Shown here: in pieces, positions 27,677 through 39,383 of the stretch
How positions within the stretch are numbered: the stretch's first letter is position 1
Layout of the letters: each line of letters opens with the position of its first letter
From: Nemertoderma westbladi
Lineage: Eukaryota > Animalia > Xenacoelomorpha
DNA length: 64,000 nucleotides
Reading direction: 5' to 3'
Assembly (NCBI GenBank): GCA_032718475.1
Contig: JAUCBJ010007794.1
Span: forward strand, 1-64,000
The notes under the pieces: model-generated
Told to the model about the DNA's origin: nothing
Seen by the model: the letters and a program-made list of their open reading frames with translations, nothing else
Database searches by the model: none
Position numbers and translations under genes: made by a program

Positions 27677-30127
27677 TCAGTCTATTCCTCCCGACCTTGG
27701 GAACCTCCCCGTCTCTCTCGAGATGGCTTCCTCCCTGGGTCGCTTCCTGGTCACTATCGCTCCCCTGGGATCTGCTTTCTGTCTTCGGACTCTCGCCGAC
27801 ACTTCCTTACTAATCCCGGTAGTCGGTTCCTTGGCTGCCGGTGTTATAAGTTACCGGTACCGCTTCGCGGGTGGCCCCTCCGAATGGCCCTCTTGTCTCC
27901 CCCTAGTGGCGTCCCATAAAATCATCTTCATGGCTCTTGGCACATGCTCCGCCAAGAAATCCCTGAACTCTCCTCTGTTTTGTGGCGTCCACCTATCTAA
28001 ATACCTCTGCGTATTTATCACCCCGGCAAATGATGCCGCCGTCGCCACTTCCTGATAAGTAAACGGAAGCCTCCGTTTAATAATCTCCATGTGGGCCTCC
28101 TGGTTGATTAGGAAGAAACCCCACTTAAACTCCTGGGCCTTCATACGTTGCCGAGTCATTGCCCCGACGTCGGCCCACTCTTCGAAGATCCTGAACTTCT
28201 CTTTGTCGTCCATCCAGTCGCACTGGCGTCCGTAATGTCCCCGAAAGTTACACTTCGGACATTGGTTGTGCAACCGAGGACACGCTCCCATCCTGTGGCT
28301 CGACTCTCGGCAGTATAGACAATAGGTTCCCTTCTGGAACCGATACAAACAGCTCCTTTCCTGGTGGGTCTGTCTCCCACAGTAGTCGCAACCGAGTATC
28401 AGTGTCTCCCACCCCACGTCGTCTTTCGTCCCAAGCGACCTCCGCAGTCTATAGAGTCGCTGATAGGCGAACTTTTGGACATTAGTGTCCCTTTCTACAT
28501 CGATCTCCCCGCCCCTCCCGGGCATTGTCTCTCCAAATACTACCCGTGGTGCCGTCCCCGGTTGTTCGCCCAACCTGATGGTGCCCCCCGCGAAATCCAT
28601 CGCCGGTTTCTTGTGCACCCAGGCCCGCTTGCCGGGTATATCCCAGAAGGCTCTCGCCGCACTGGCCGTCACCACCCTTCCGCCAACCCAGTCCGTGTCC
28701 GAGTGGCCTAACCTCGCGATGGGCGGCACCTCTCCGAACTCGTCATCGTCTTCTTCCTCCTCTCGCAGTGGTTCCAATCCCGGTATCCCGGTTGACCCAC
28801 TATGTCCCTTCCCGCCTTGGACCTTGCCCGTAGCTCTCCATTCCTCTAGCTCCTGTACCTTCCTTAACGGTTGGTCGCCCTCAGCGCCCGCTGGTATGGG
28901 CATCTCTTGCAACCCCGACGTCGACTGTTTCGGTGATCCCACCGTCCACCCCAACTCTCGCCCTAGAGACTCCCCCGAACTCCCCGATGAAGTCCAACGA
29001 AGTTCATCTAGCCCCGCTTGCTCCTCGAAGCCGTAGCTCTGCGTCCTGGCTTCCTCCTCCCTCTCTTCTGCTTCTCTTTTCTCCTGTCTAGCGATTTCTT
29101 CAAATCGCTTCGCTTCCCGTCTATCCGTCTCTAACTGCTCCCACCTCTCATATGGCGTATCCACGTCCCTGTCTACCAGATGTCGGTGGTTGTAGTACAC
29201 CGACTCGCCCTTCAGCCCCGGGTGGTCTACCAGACCCTCGAAAGCCGTCTTAAAGGCCCTTCTGTAGCTCAGGGGTGATCCCGATAGCAGGAATGACGTT
29301 GGTTCTTTCCCAATGACAACGGTCATGAATAGGTTCAGTAGACCTATCATTATCCAGTCCTCCTGCAGGATATATCGCTTCTGATATACCTTTATCGCTC
29401 CTCTCCGGAATTGGTACACCTCTTGTTTCCCTGGTCTCGCTCCCCACTTCAGCGAGTTCGCTAACTCTGCCCCGTACTCCTCTCTGAACTTTCCCCAGTC
29501 CGTCGGTTTATGGCACACGAGCCCCAATAGCTGGCCCATCGCCACTGCTCCGCACTGGCCTGTGTTCCCCACTAGTCCCAACCCGTCTGGCGCTGTCATA
29601 GCCATAAAGACCGTCTGCGTGTCCAGAAGGTTGGGGGTGTCCGGACCGATGATTCTCTCCGCGTCGTCGCGAATCGCCGATCCCACCTTCGTCGTTGACT
29701 TCTCTCTTACCAAGACTTGCACCGCTTTCGGTAATCGGTTCAACTTCGGCCCGTCCTTGCTCCCATACGTTCCTAGATCGAATAGGAAAATGTCCCCATT
29801 TGGCGCAGCCAAATGTAGGAGTATGGTTCTGGCCGACCCTGCTGATCCTCGTCTCGAACCCCCCTCGTCTTCCACGGTTCCCTCGTCGTCTAGGATCATA
29901 TATCCTCCTCTACTGACGGACTCTACGAACCTCTTCCAATCCTTCTTCGGCGACTGCCTCACATACTTCGGAATCACGAACTTCTCCTCGTCTCCCTTCA
30001 CTACGTAGTGGAAGTGTTCGAATATCGCGTTGTCCAGCGACGGTGTCCCGTAGGTTCCGACCAGCCGCTGTTCGTGCACTTCCCTGAAATGGTCTTGTAG
30101 TGCTCGCGCTGGGTGACCCCTCTCCAA
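27677..30127 (-). pseudogene. Accessory ORF of element A: DEDDy-like 3'-5' exonuclease + acidic/coiled linker + three CCHC zinc knuckles
   Basis: ExoI-like ILDDEG; LLHLAAPNGDIFLFDL; ExoII-like LPKAVQVLVREKSTTKVGSAIRDDAERI; LLDTQ; ExoIII-like YQKRYILQED. Knuckles CDYCGRQTHQERSC, CLYCRESSHRMGAC, CPKCNFRGHYGRQC. The TAA at 27851 is premature (GAA in the copy at 53.6 kb); true start uncertain. Confidence 0.75.
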
Positions 30128-30715
30128 CCGCTCGTAGTATCCCCTTGTCTTCTCTTCTCTTCTCTTTCTCGTCCACCAGTATCTCCTTTCCTCCTGACTC
30201 TGCCTTTCTCTTTCTGATCAGCTTGCTCGCCATTCCGAACTCCGTCGCTCGCTCACCCGTAATGTGGTGCCTTACCAAGGCGCTATACAGATGAGTGACA
30301 AGTTAGGATGTTCTGTACTGTTTGACAATGGCCTATTCTTTACTATCTGCGCCTTTCTAGCCTAAATTATTACTTACTTAATTCTGAAGCTAGTAAATAC
30401 ACCCTAATTCCAGTTTCTGTCAGTTACTTTTATTATGTTCCAGAATAATTTTCCTACTGTTGCCATAATTTGTAACTTTCAGCCCTATCCTATTTATTTT
30501 AGTTTTGTTTTTGCCCTACCGTGCTACTACTTACTATTGCCTATGGATTATCCTATTCTCTAATCCACGTTCCGGCCTACTCTGTGGGCCTGTGCAGTAC
30601 AGCAGTATAAGTCGCGTGGCCTACACGATCTATCCAACTGTACTCATATGCCCCCCTCTAACTGCTAACTAATATCTATATCATATATACCCCTCTACTT
30701 CTATCTCTTACTAAT

Positions 30716-31583
30716 TAGTACTACGTACTTTCATACTAACTCTCTCTCTCTCTCTCTCTAACTATCGGTACTACGTACCCTTTAACTATCTACTCTCTCT
30801 CTAACGGTACTACGTACCTTCTAACTCTTACCCTCTTACGGTACTATGTACCCTTTAACTCTTACTCTCTAGCTAGCTAGCGGTACTACGTACCCTCAAC
30901 TAACTAACTAACTAACTAACTAACTCTTACTAACTAATGGTACTACGTACCCTCTAACTCTTACTCTCTAGCTAGCTAGCGGTACTACGTACCCTCAACT
31001 AACTAACTAACTAACTAACTAACTCTTACTAACTAATGGTACTACGTACCCTCTAACTCTTACTCTCTAGCTAGCTAGCGGTACTACGTACCCTCAACTA
31101 ACTAACTATTCTAACTCTTACTAACTAATGGTACTACGTACCCTCTAACTCTTACTCTCTAGCTAGCTAGTGGTACTACGTACCCTCAACTAACTAACTA
31201 TTCTAACTAACTCTTACTAACTAATGGTACTACGTACCCTCTAACTCTTACTCTCTAGCTAGCTAGCGGTACTACGTACCCTCAACTAACTAACTATTCT
31301 AACTAACTCTTACTAACTAATGGTACTACGTACCCTCTAACTCTTACTCTCTAGCTAGCTAGCAGTACTACGCACCCTCAACTAACTAACTATTCTAACT
31401 CTTACTAACTAATGGTACTACGTACCCTCTAACTCTTACTCTCTACCTAGCTAGCGGTACTACGTACCCTCAACTAACTAACTATTCTAACTAACTCTTA
31501 CTAACTAATGATACTACGTACCCTCTAACTCTTACTCTCTAGCTAGCTAGCGGTACTACATACCCTCAACTAACTAACTATTA
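30716..31583. repeat. Internal 92-99-bp dimeric tandem array of element A
   Basis: Units start at about 30938, 31037, 31129, 31225, 31321, 31413 and 31509. Each has two GGTACTACGTACC hairpins separated by (CTAA)n or CTAGCTAGCTAG tracts. Confidence 0.93.
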
Positions 31584-31707
31584 CTCTATTTTTATTTTTA
31601 TTTTATTATTTTGTGTGGGAAGGGCGTCTAGCCCTCAATCCCACCCCCCTCAGTCCAAACTTGGACGACTAAAACACACACACACACCTACACTCTACAC
31701 TCTAGGT

Positions 31708-32188
31708 TTAAGGCGCTCCCTCCAGTAGACAGCATTTCCCTACGGCTCTCCTGTAGGTTTTTCTGTCCTTTGCACCTATCTTTCCACCTATCCGCACTTC
31801 TACCGATCGGACTCTTCCGTCCTCATCGGAGTATGTGCCTACCACCCTCGCCAACCGCCACTGGTTGTTGATGATTGTATCATCCGTGACAATCACGAGA
31901 TCTCCCTCTCTTAACTCCCTATTTGACTTCCTCCACTTACTTCTTTTGTGAAGCGTGGGTAGGTATTCCTCAACCCACCTTCTCCAATACTCTGCGCATA
32001 TTGCTTTAGCGACTTTCCAACTCTGGCGGGAGTGTATGTCATCTGGGTCCACACCCCGCATATCGATTGTCGCTGGCCTCTCCATTAGGAAATGGCTGGG
32101 CGTCAGCACCTCTAGTGACTCAGGGTTATCATTCTCCGGATATAGCGGTCTGCTATTAATGATACCCTCACACTTTGCAAGTACTGTT
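31708..32188 (-). pseudogene. Element A integrase C-terminal part (DUF5641-like tail)
   Basis: RTVLAKCEGIINSRPL...LTPSHFL...YWRRWVEEYLPTL..R.KW...GDLV...W...RV...DGRVRSV; joins in frame with ILRTV at 50721 once B is removed. Confidence 0.93.
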
Positions 32189-33432
32189 TGTACGCGCTTT
32201 TGAAGACCTTTAGCAGTTTAACCTGCCAAAATTTATATGTCTTTTGGTTTATAACTCGACTTTAGCATATGACAAGTATTTAATACCAATAAACACAACA
32301 TTAGCCGAAGCCAGCCTAGTGCGCGTCCATTCACCCGCTGGATATACCCGGGAGACTGGATTCGGAGGGCTTAGATTTTATTGCAGTGTAGCCTACTGTA
32401 TTATTCGATTGATCGTTAATAAATAATCTCTGAAGAAATATTATTTACTTTCGGGAAATATTAACAGTTCCTTTAGGACGTGGCGCTCTATCTAGGTAAA
32501 CAGAGCTATGACTTATACTAAACACAACGGTAAGGCTTATGATTCACATATAAGGCGCATTCTTTAGGAAATGCTTAGTTATCAGCCACAATCATGCACA
32601 CTACCGGTACCGCACAATACTGCACACTAATCTGCCGACCGTCAATGAATTTGATCATACATAAAGAGAACAGCAATTGACTCATGTAGTGTCTATCAAA
32701 TAGCATTAGATTCACTACAAACCACGATAATATAAGTCGCAATTGTTATATGTAACCGGTCTCTCTAACCTGTAGTGTATCAAGAAGATTGGGAAATTTG
32801 GGTTATTTATCGATGTTCTCCAAGTAATAATATTCAACCAACTGATACAAATAATAACCACAGTAAATAGCATTAAGACGGTAGGTTAAGATATGATATG
32901 ATTGGTAGGTATTGGTATGATATGGTTAGTTGTTAAGCATGAGTTGAGTTGATAACAGTTATACTTTCTATAATCTAAGCCTACTAATGTTTCTTCTAAA
33001 GTCTGAAACAAAATGATTCCAGAGCCGGTGTTCTTGGCCTAGATAGAAACAACACAACAACTGTAAGAGTCTCTGTGATAGTGTCACACTGTTGCAGGTA
33101 TCTTTTACACAGAGAGGACAAGCTCTCATTGGCAGAACACCAGATTCCACAGGTTCCACGAATGTCTAAATGCCGAACTATCAGGATTTTTGCAGCCCTT
33201 GGCCAGCACACAAAATTAGTCACTCCGCTCGGTTGCCCTGGTTGCATACTCTGCTGCTATAGCTCTGGTTGGCCGATAGAACATAGCAAAGAGCCCCTCG
33301 TACAGCAAATCAGCCAATCAGCTGGTCGCTTGTATCATTCGAGTTAGGGAGCTTTTTAGAGTATTCCAGCGCCTTGGGGGGAACTGGATTGCAAAGCAAA
33401 AGGGCCAGTTATATCCCACAAAAGCTTTTACA
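32189..33432 (-). repeat. 3' LTR of element B
   Basis: TGTAAAAGC...GCGTACA on the minus strand; about nine differences seen versus the 5' LTR; short purine-rich GGGAGCGG precedes it. Confidence 0.96.
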
Positions 33433-33510
33433 CCGCTCCCAGAAAATGGTATTTAAGTCTATAAAATATACAAAATCACAGTTTCTAATATACGTAAATA
33501 CTCTAAACAG

Positions 33511-35484
33511 TTAGTCTTTCTTGCGCGGACGGCGTTTACGCAGTTTTTTAAAGCTAGCCAGAGTCTTTTTCTCTTTGGGGCGAGCCACTTTACAAGGAGG
33601 GCTATAACTCCTGGGTGAAGGGTGCAATATGATTGCATCAGAGGGTGTCTGATTATGGTCAGTGTATCCGCCAGTCGAAGTGCCGGGTTGGTTGACATCA
33701 ACGTCGGGGGAGAGGGGTCTAACGGCCTTTAGAGCGCGTTTTAGGACGGCCGCTCTTACGGGTCCTTTACGAGTGGTCTGAACGAGAGCCGTGGGTGGAC
33801 CATAGGCAGTCAGAAACTTCCTGGGTTTAATGGTTCTTTCCAACTCGCGTCCGCGGGCTCGGTATTTGTAAGGCCGTCGATATACTTCCTGTAACTCGGG
33901 GTGTGAGTTAACAAATAAGTCTCCATAGCCCGGATCTTGACGGATAAAATTGATTAAGTTATAGGAATGGATGTCGCTAGGATTAACACTCCTGAGAAAT
34001 TTGCGTACGAATTTGGTTGAAATACATTCTCCGACGCGCTTCAGTAGTTCGTAACTCGATATGCGTGATTTCTGTTCGACAGAAGCGAATAGATAAGGAT
34101 GGAACGCATAAACTCCTTCGTAAGCGCGTCCAGGGTAATAGCGATGGCGCGAATCACAATGTAAATCAGCGTTCGCTTCCCAAGCTCTGATGTAACGTAG
34201 TGTAATCATTTCATCTACGCTTTCCAAATCGTGATTAAAAGGGCAATCGAAACTGGCGTGTCCCTTTAATTGACAATGGTGACATTGAGTCATAAATTGA
34301 GGGCAAACCGCAAAAATGTGCAAGTTATTGAGTCTGCAATATGCACAAAAAAATTTCCATCGCCGGTTGTTCGTGGAAATAGGAACAGTGGACGTTTGTG
34401 TCCATGGGTTCGTGTGTTTCTCCTCGAGTAGATTTTCCTCCGCTTGTCTCTGTAAGCGTTCATCTAGAAACTCTTGTAGAGAATACGTGCGTCCAAGCTC
34501 GATGTCCTCCTTGAGGTTTTGGATTTCTCTATCGAACTGTGGCAAAGCTAACTCCTTCACCGATTGGACTTGTTGCTGTAATTTACGTTTCTCTAAACAA
34601 TCTTGTGTTCCCTTTCCGATCTTCTGTCAAATAGCGTCTAAAGCGTTTCTTATAACGCTCTCCTCGACTTCCGTGGCGGGTTGCATCGGGTTTAATCCTG
34701 GACGATTGTAAGGATTAAATGGCGATATTATATGCCCGCGTCCCAATCCGGCTAAGTAGGATGGGCGAATGTCTAACGAACCCACTACCGGAGCACCACC
34801 GATTAATTGTTCGGGTAGCACTAAATCTTTGAACAGTGAATATAGTTCGGGAGGATCAGTGATACTGTTAGGATCAAGAGTTTGAGGTCTCACTAGGGAA
34901 TGAGGAGGCCTGACCGAGTATTCCGGAACTCTGATCATGGGTTTATTTAGTGATCGTTTGAGACGAGCGATCGTAGGTGATACGTCAAACAGGTTTCGCT
35001 CGAAACTCTCGTAAGTATAACGTGTAAAACTGTGTTTAGCGCAGCGTCTCCGCGGATGTTTATGTCTTTCCGTTTGTTGGTTGGGTCTAGGGCATTCGTC
35101 ACAATAATACCAAAGACGTACGTCCTGTAGAGGAAACGCGGGTGATCGTTCTCCAGTTTTGCAATATTCTTCCATTTGTTCAAAGCTATCCGGGATAACA
35201 GGTAGTGGACGATCGGCGGTAAGATACATCATAGTGAAATAGAGCCGTTTGAGTTCTACCATAGGGTCATGATGTATACCTTGAGGATATCGAGTCTCTA
35301 GGTTCTGCTGACTGGCGATGTTGAGATAGGTTTCTCTCAAAAATTCCAGGTAGTCGTTGAAGTCGATGCGTTTATCCGGTTCTTCAACATTTTCTCTTTC
35401 CAGTCTGTTACGAATAGAATTTTCGTGTTCTATTCTCGGTTTATCGTTACGACTCCGCTGGGTATGATATTTAAATAGAACCAT
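33511..35484 (-). pseudogene. Accessory zinc-knuckle protein of element B (one in-frame stop at 34627)
   Basis: The 285-aa and 349-aa ORFs share a frame across a single TGA. Contains CAYCRLNNLHIFAVCPQFMTQCHHCQLKGHASFDC and a basic C-terminal tail. Confidence 0.65.
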
Positions 35485-35576
35485 TTCCCTTTCAGTGTCT
35501 ACATCGTCCGTATCATGTAAATCGATAGGATGGCAGGAAGGCAGATATAATGTTGGGGGGTGTAGCTAGCTATCCG

Positions 35577-36287
35577 TCATATCGGGTGGTCAATATAATT
35601 TGGAGATGAGACTGATTCACTTGTCGCCTCAGCATGTAGTGACTTTTGGATTGCCCCTGATGCAGGTACAATTGGCTGATCAACATATAGTCTATTTGTA
35701 GGTATGCCTAATAAATTATCTATTGGACTTGGTAATGTTGCCTCATTGTCTGGACCTTCTAAAGAATATTCTAGTGGGGTTGAAAAATTTTCAACTGGTA
35801 CTGGTCTCAAAAATGTATTACCTACATGTACACTTGATGTTTTGCCTGACTCCTCCGATGAAGGAAATGTAGGGGTAGTAGCCCTAGTAGGTACCGGTAT
35901 GTTATTAACAGTAGCCTCATGTACCTTAAGTTCATAAATTGCATTCAGTGCCTTCCACTCCTGCTCTATGGTGGTAAATTCCCTAACTTGCTCATCCCGA
36001 TAGCATCTAGCTATATTTGGGTGCAACTGTAACTGATTGACAGTATGTCTAAATGCTGTAACTGAATGGTCAATGTTGGCCATTCTACCTGCCAATGTAT
36101 CTAATGGTAATTCATCGCTGGCTAATTTGTCAGCTATGTCTGTTATTTGCTTCTTTAAATAGGACCTACTTGTTCCAATGGACCTTTTAAGTCTCGATGA
36201 AGTTCCACCTTCATCTAAGCTATTGCTACGATCTCTTGGCCTTTGCCGTAGGTTGAAACCTTTGCGATTTGGAGTAATATCCGACAT
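35577..36287 (-). CDS. Accessory ORF of element B, helical N-terminal half, unknown function
   Basis: 236-aa ATG-initiated ORF in AT-rich surroundings with an amphipathic helical segment (LKRSIGTSRSYLKKQITDIADKL...). Confidence 0.5.
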   Translation of the reverse strand: MSDITPNRKGFNLRQRPRDRSNSLDEGGTSSRLKRSIGTSRSYLKKQITDIADKLASDELPLDTLAGRMANIDHSVTAFRHTVNQLQLHPNIARCYRDEQVREFTTIEQEWKALNAIYELKVHEATVNNIPVPTRATTPTFPSSEESGKTSSVHVGNTFLRPVPVENFSTPLEYSLEGPDNEATLPSPIDNLLGIPTNRLYVDQPIVPASGAIQKSLHAEATSESVSSPNYIDHPI

Positions 36288-37443
36288 TGTATTTATAAAT
36301 GTCAGACTGTACTGTATGTATTGTAAAGTATACTATACCTTTGATTTGTTATACCTAAGCTATAATAAATATATCTATCCTGTACATAATACCAGTATAT
36401 AATATAATGTAATATTAAATATAAGTAATTATAAGTACCGGTAAATCCAATCTGCCTATAGGACCTAACAGCCTAATGTATACCAGTATGGTATAGCCTA
36501 TCTGCCTATGTCTACTATGTAGGTAGACAATAATATTGCCAATATGATATATATACTTGTATCACAATATCAGTGTAAACTGACTGATAATAATTGCCAA
36601 CTAGTACCGGTACTGGGTACTGTAAGAATAGGCCTATACCTTGTTACAAATACAAGGCTATTTATGTGCTAATGCCAATGCAAAATAATATTAGGCTAAT
36701 AATATAAATACTTTATGTCAGTAGTTGTCAACAATGCTATGTGCCAAATGCTAATGTGCTAGCTGGCTAGTGCTAACTGCTAAAATGCTATATGCTAATG
36801 CCAAAATACTATAGGCCTACAACTACTGCATATGCTAATGCTACCAAAAATTGAGAGAAGAATGTAGGCCTGTATGAATAAAATATATTTAGAAATTGCG
36901 CTGCGCTTAAAAATAAAACACTCTGAAAACTGGAAAAATTGAAAAAAGAAAAAAAATGGGTGAATGCGCCGTTCTCTGCCGTGTATTACCAATCTTGCAT
37001 GGAATCTGTATTCCTGGCCAGTAAATACAGACTCCCAAAAATAGTAACACAAAACAGAAAATAGCACACTGTCACACTACATAAGCAGGTACCGGTATTT
37101 CAGCATTTAACATTGTTCAGTTGTTTAAGCAGATTAAATGATTTTGTAAAAATCTAGTTAGGCTATGTGGCCTCTATGGTTATTCAGTATGGTACTTCAG
37201 TAGGCCTACTTACACGCAGTCAGCCTACAGCCTACGTGGTCGGGCTGACCGGTTTCAGCAGCTCGGTGAGAATTCAGGAATTAATAAGAGAGAATTTTAT
37301 AACCACCGGTACTTCTGTACTTTACCGTATGGTTTAGCGTTCAGCATTAAACGGATTCAATAGGCCTAATAGGCTACTATTCAGCTATTTGACCGTTTTT
37401 TTTTTTGAAATTTTTGAAATGAATGCCCTTTTTTTTTTTTTTT

Positions 37444-37692
37444 TTATAGAAAACGTGAAAACGTTAAGAAGTCCATATACGTACCATTACGATGCGTATA
37501 ACGAGCAGTGAATTTTCGATAGTCCAATTCACGCGTAAGTTGCTCCTGGGACATCGGCGGTTTGATATAACGACCATCGTCCTCCGTAATGGTTGGATCG
37601 GCTTCACCGTGCATCAAGCTATTCACAAATGCTTGTAAAGGTAGAGTATATCGCTCCCTGATACCAAGATCATCTTCTATCAATTCCGTCAT
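37444..37692 (-). CDS. Small 82-aa ORF in B's 3' region ending in an A-run
   Basis: ATG-initiated with ordinary amino-acid composition; its TAA runs straight into an A tract of ~17 nt. Confidence 0.3.
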   Translation of the reverse strand: MTELIEDDLGIRERYTLPLQAFVNSLMHGEADPTITEDDGRYIKPPMSQEQLTRELDYRKFTARYTHRNGTYMDFLTFSRFL

Positions 37693-39383
37693 ATCTGCTA
37701 TCTGAGTTTATTAATATTATAATGAGTTTATATTTAGGCGAGCGGGCGTCGCTGCCTACCTCTCTTTGCCCCCGGACAGTGGGATTCTCAGCGCCGATGT
37801 ACCGTCGTCGCGGTGTTTACGCCAACATGTAGCAACAGCACGACAACGATAACCGGCACAAGTCACTCCACTGTCCGTCCCAAAGGCTTGGATCCACTTT
37901 AGGTTCTTTCTATAGTAGAGTTAGGGCTACTTTCACAATTGCGACTAGCTACTGTAAACACACTTTAGCAGTAACATTCACCTATAAACGCACAAATTCC
38001 ACACAACTGTCACCAATTGTACACATACAGGCCATTTGTCCGTTAGTCAGTGCCTTCCAGAATGTCACGTTATTACTATGTATCCTTGGATACTAACAGT
38101 GTGCTATGTATTCTCTATGCTATGCGATGGGACAAGCTTTCTATTGTTCTTTTAACTTGCTTCTAATTCTAGCGTGGGTGTTGCTATGGTGACATTATGG
38201 AAAGCTAGCGGTAGAATTAGGGTAATTCTCATGCATACAGATCTGGAATGCTATTTAATAGTAATTCTTTAATTGTCAATATCCTCTTTATATATGATTT
38301 TATTAATTTTATCGGCTATTGACTATATGTTGGAGATTCTCGCACTCTAATACACTCAATAGGATGAATCTATTAATTAATGGAATTTTGGGAATGTTAT
38401 AAATTGCACAAAATGACAATTTATGAAATTCATTTAAGATATGAATTTAAATTTATTCCCGTGAATTTTATTATTTGATGGTAAAATTGACACAATTTTA
38501 TTCCAGAGCATGTCTGGGGACCTAGGATCCTTAATTCTATAAAATTGTCTTTTAAGATTATCGGTAAGTGCTGCGATATCTTAATTGACTAGAAATTTTA
38601 AAGGATCTGAATTTTACAGATTTTAATAAATATTAAATTAATATTTAAGATGGGCACCGATTTATTCCAGAACTTGTCTGGGGATGTTAACCACTGATTC
38701 TAGAATTTGTCTTTCAAGTATATCGGTGGGTGCCGCGATATCTTAATCGACTAGAATTACAGATGGTCAAAAGGTTTAACAGATTTATTTGCGTTTTACG
38801 CTACTGTTAGAGGGACATCACGCTACTATATGTATTATTTAATATAAGGTAGAAGAGCAATATCGCACGAAGCAATGTCAGTGTGAAGAGGCAAGTCGTT
38901 TCCAAGGTCTACCCAGAGCTTGGTTTAGCCGAGACACGAGGATCTGAACTTTGCATTCCTAATACTCTGCCTACCAATAATACTTAAATATAGTAGGAGC
39001 TTTATTGTACTTTAATAAGTACTGACATGTCATCTTACTATAGTCTTGCATTTATAATATAATACGGACAGTAAGGAAAAAGAAAGAATTATTTCTCGCC
39101 GTCACACTAAATATATATTATGTGTAATTACGTAATAAACACTAATATATTGCACTAATCTACTAAATAATCTAAAATAACATTTTACTAAATAAAATTA
39201 AATAAAACGATTATAATAAAGTACATAATAACGTTCGCATATAAAAATATAATAAAATAGATAGAATAATATAGTCATGCACCCACTCCAGACGTATCAC
39301 GTTGGGGAGTCCCTAGATGTTTGAGGAATTAGGGAGGTGGTCGTGGGAAGAGTGTCTTGCCTTCCATAGTTTCCGGAGAGCTC

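Noticed and set aside
30895-31030. Telomeric repeat
   Set aside because: The tract is (TTAG)n, not TTAGG or TTAGGG, and is short and internal to element A.
30716-31583. CRISPR-like array (palindromic repeat plus spacers)
   Set aside because: Spacers are two alternating low-complexity types rather than unique sequences; no cas genes; eukaryotic LTR-element context.
27677-36287. env genes in the 3' ORF position
   Set aside because: No signal peptide, transmembrane segment or fusion-protein pattern; the ORFs are nuclease/knuckle or soluble helical proteins.
38497-38757. Imperfect ~164-bp-period duplication in B's 3' non-coding region
   Set aside because: Real but old and degenerate, with no functional signal visible.
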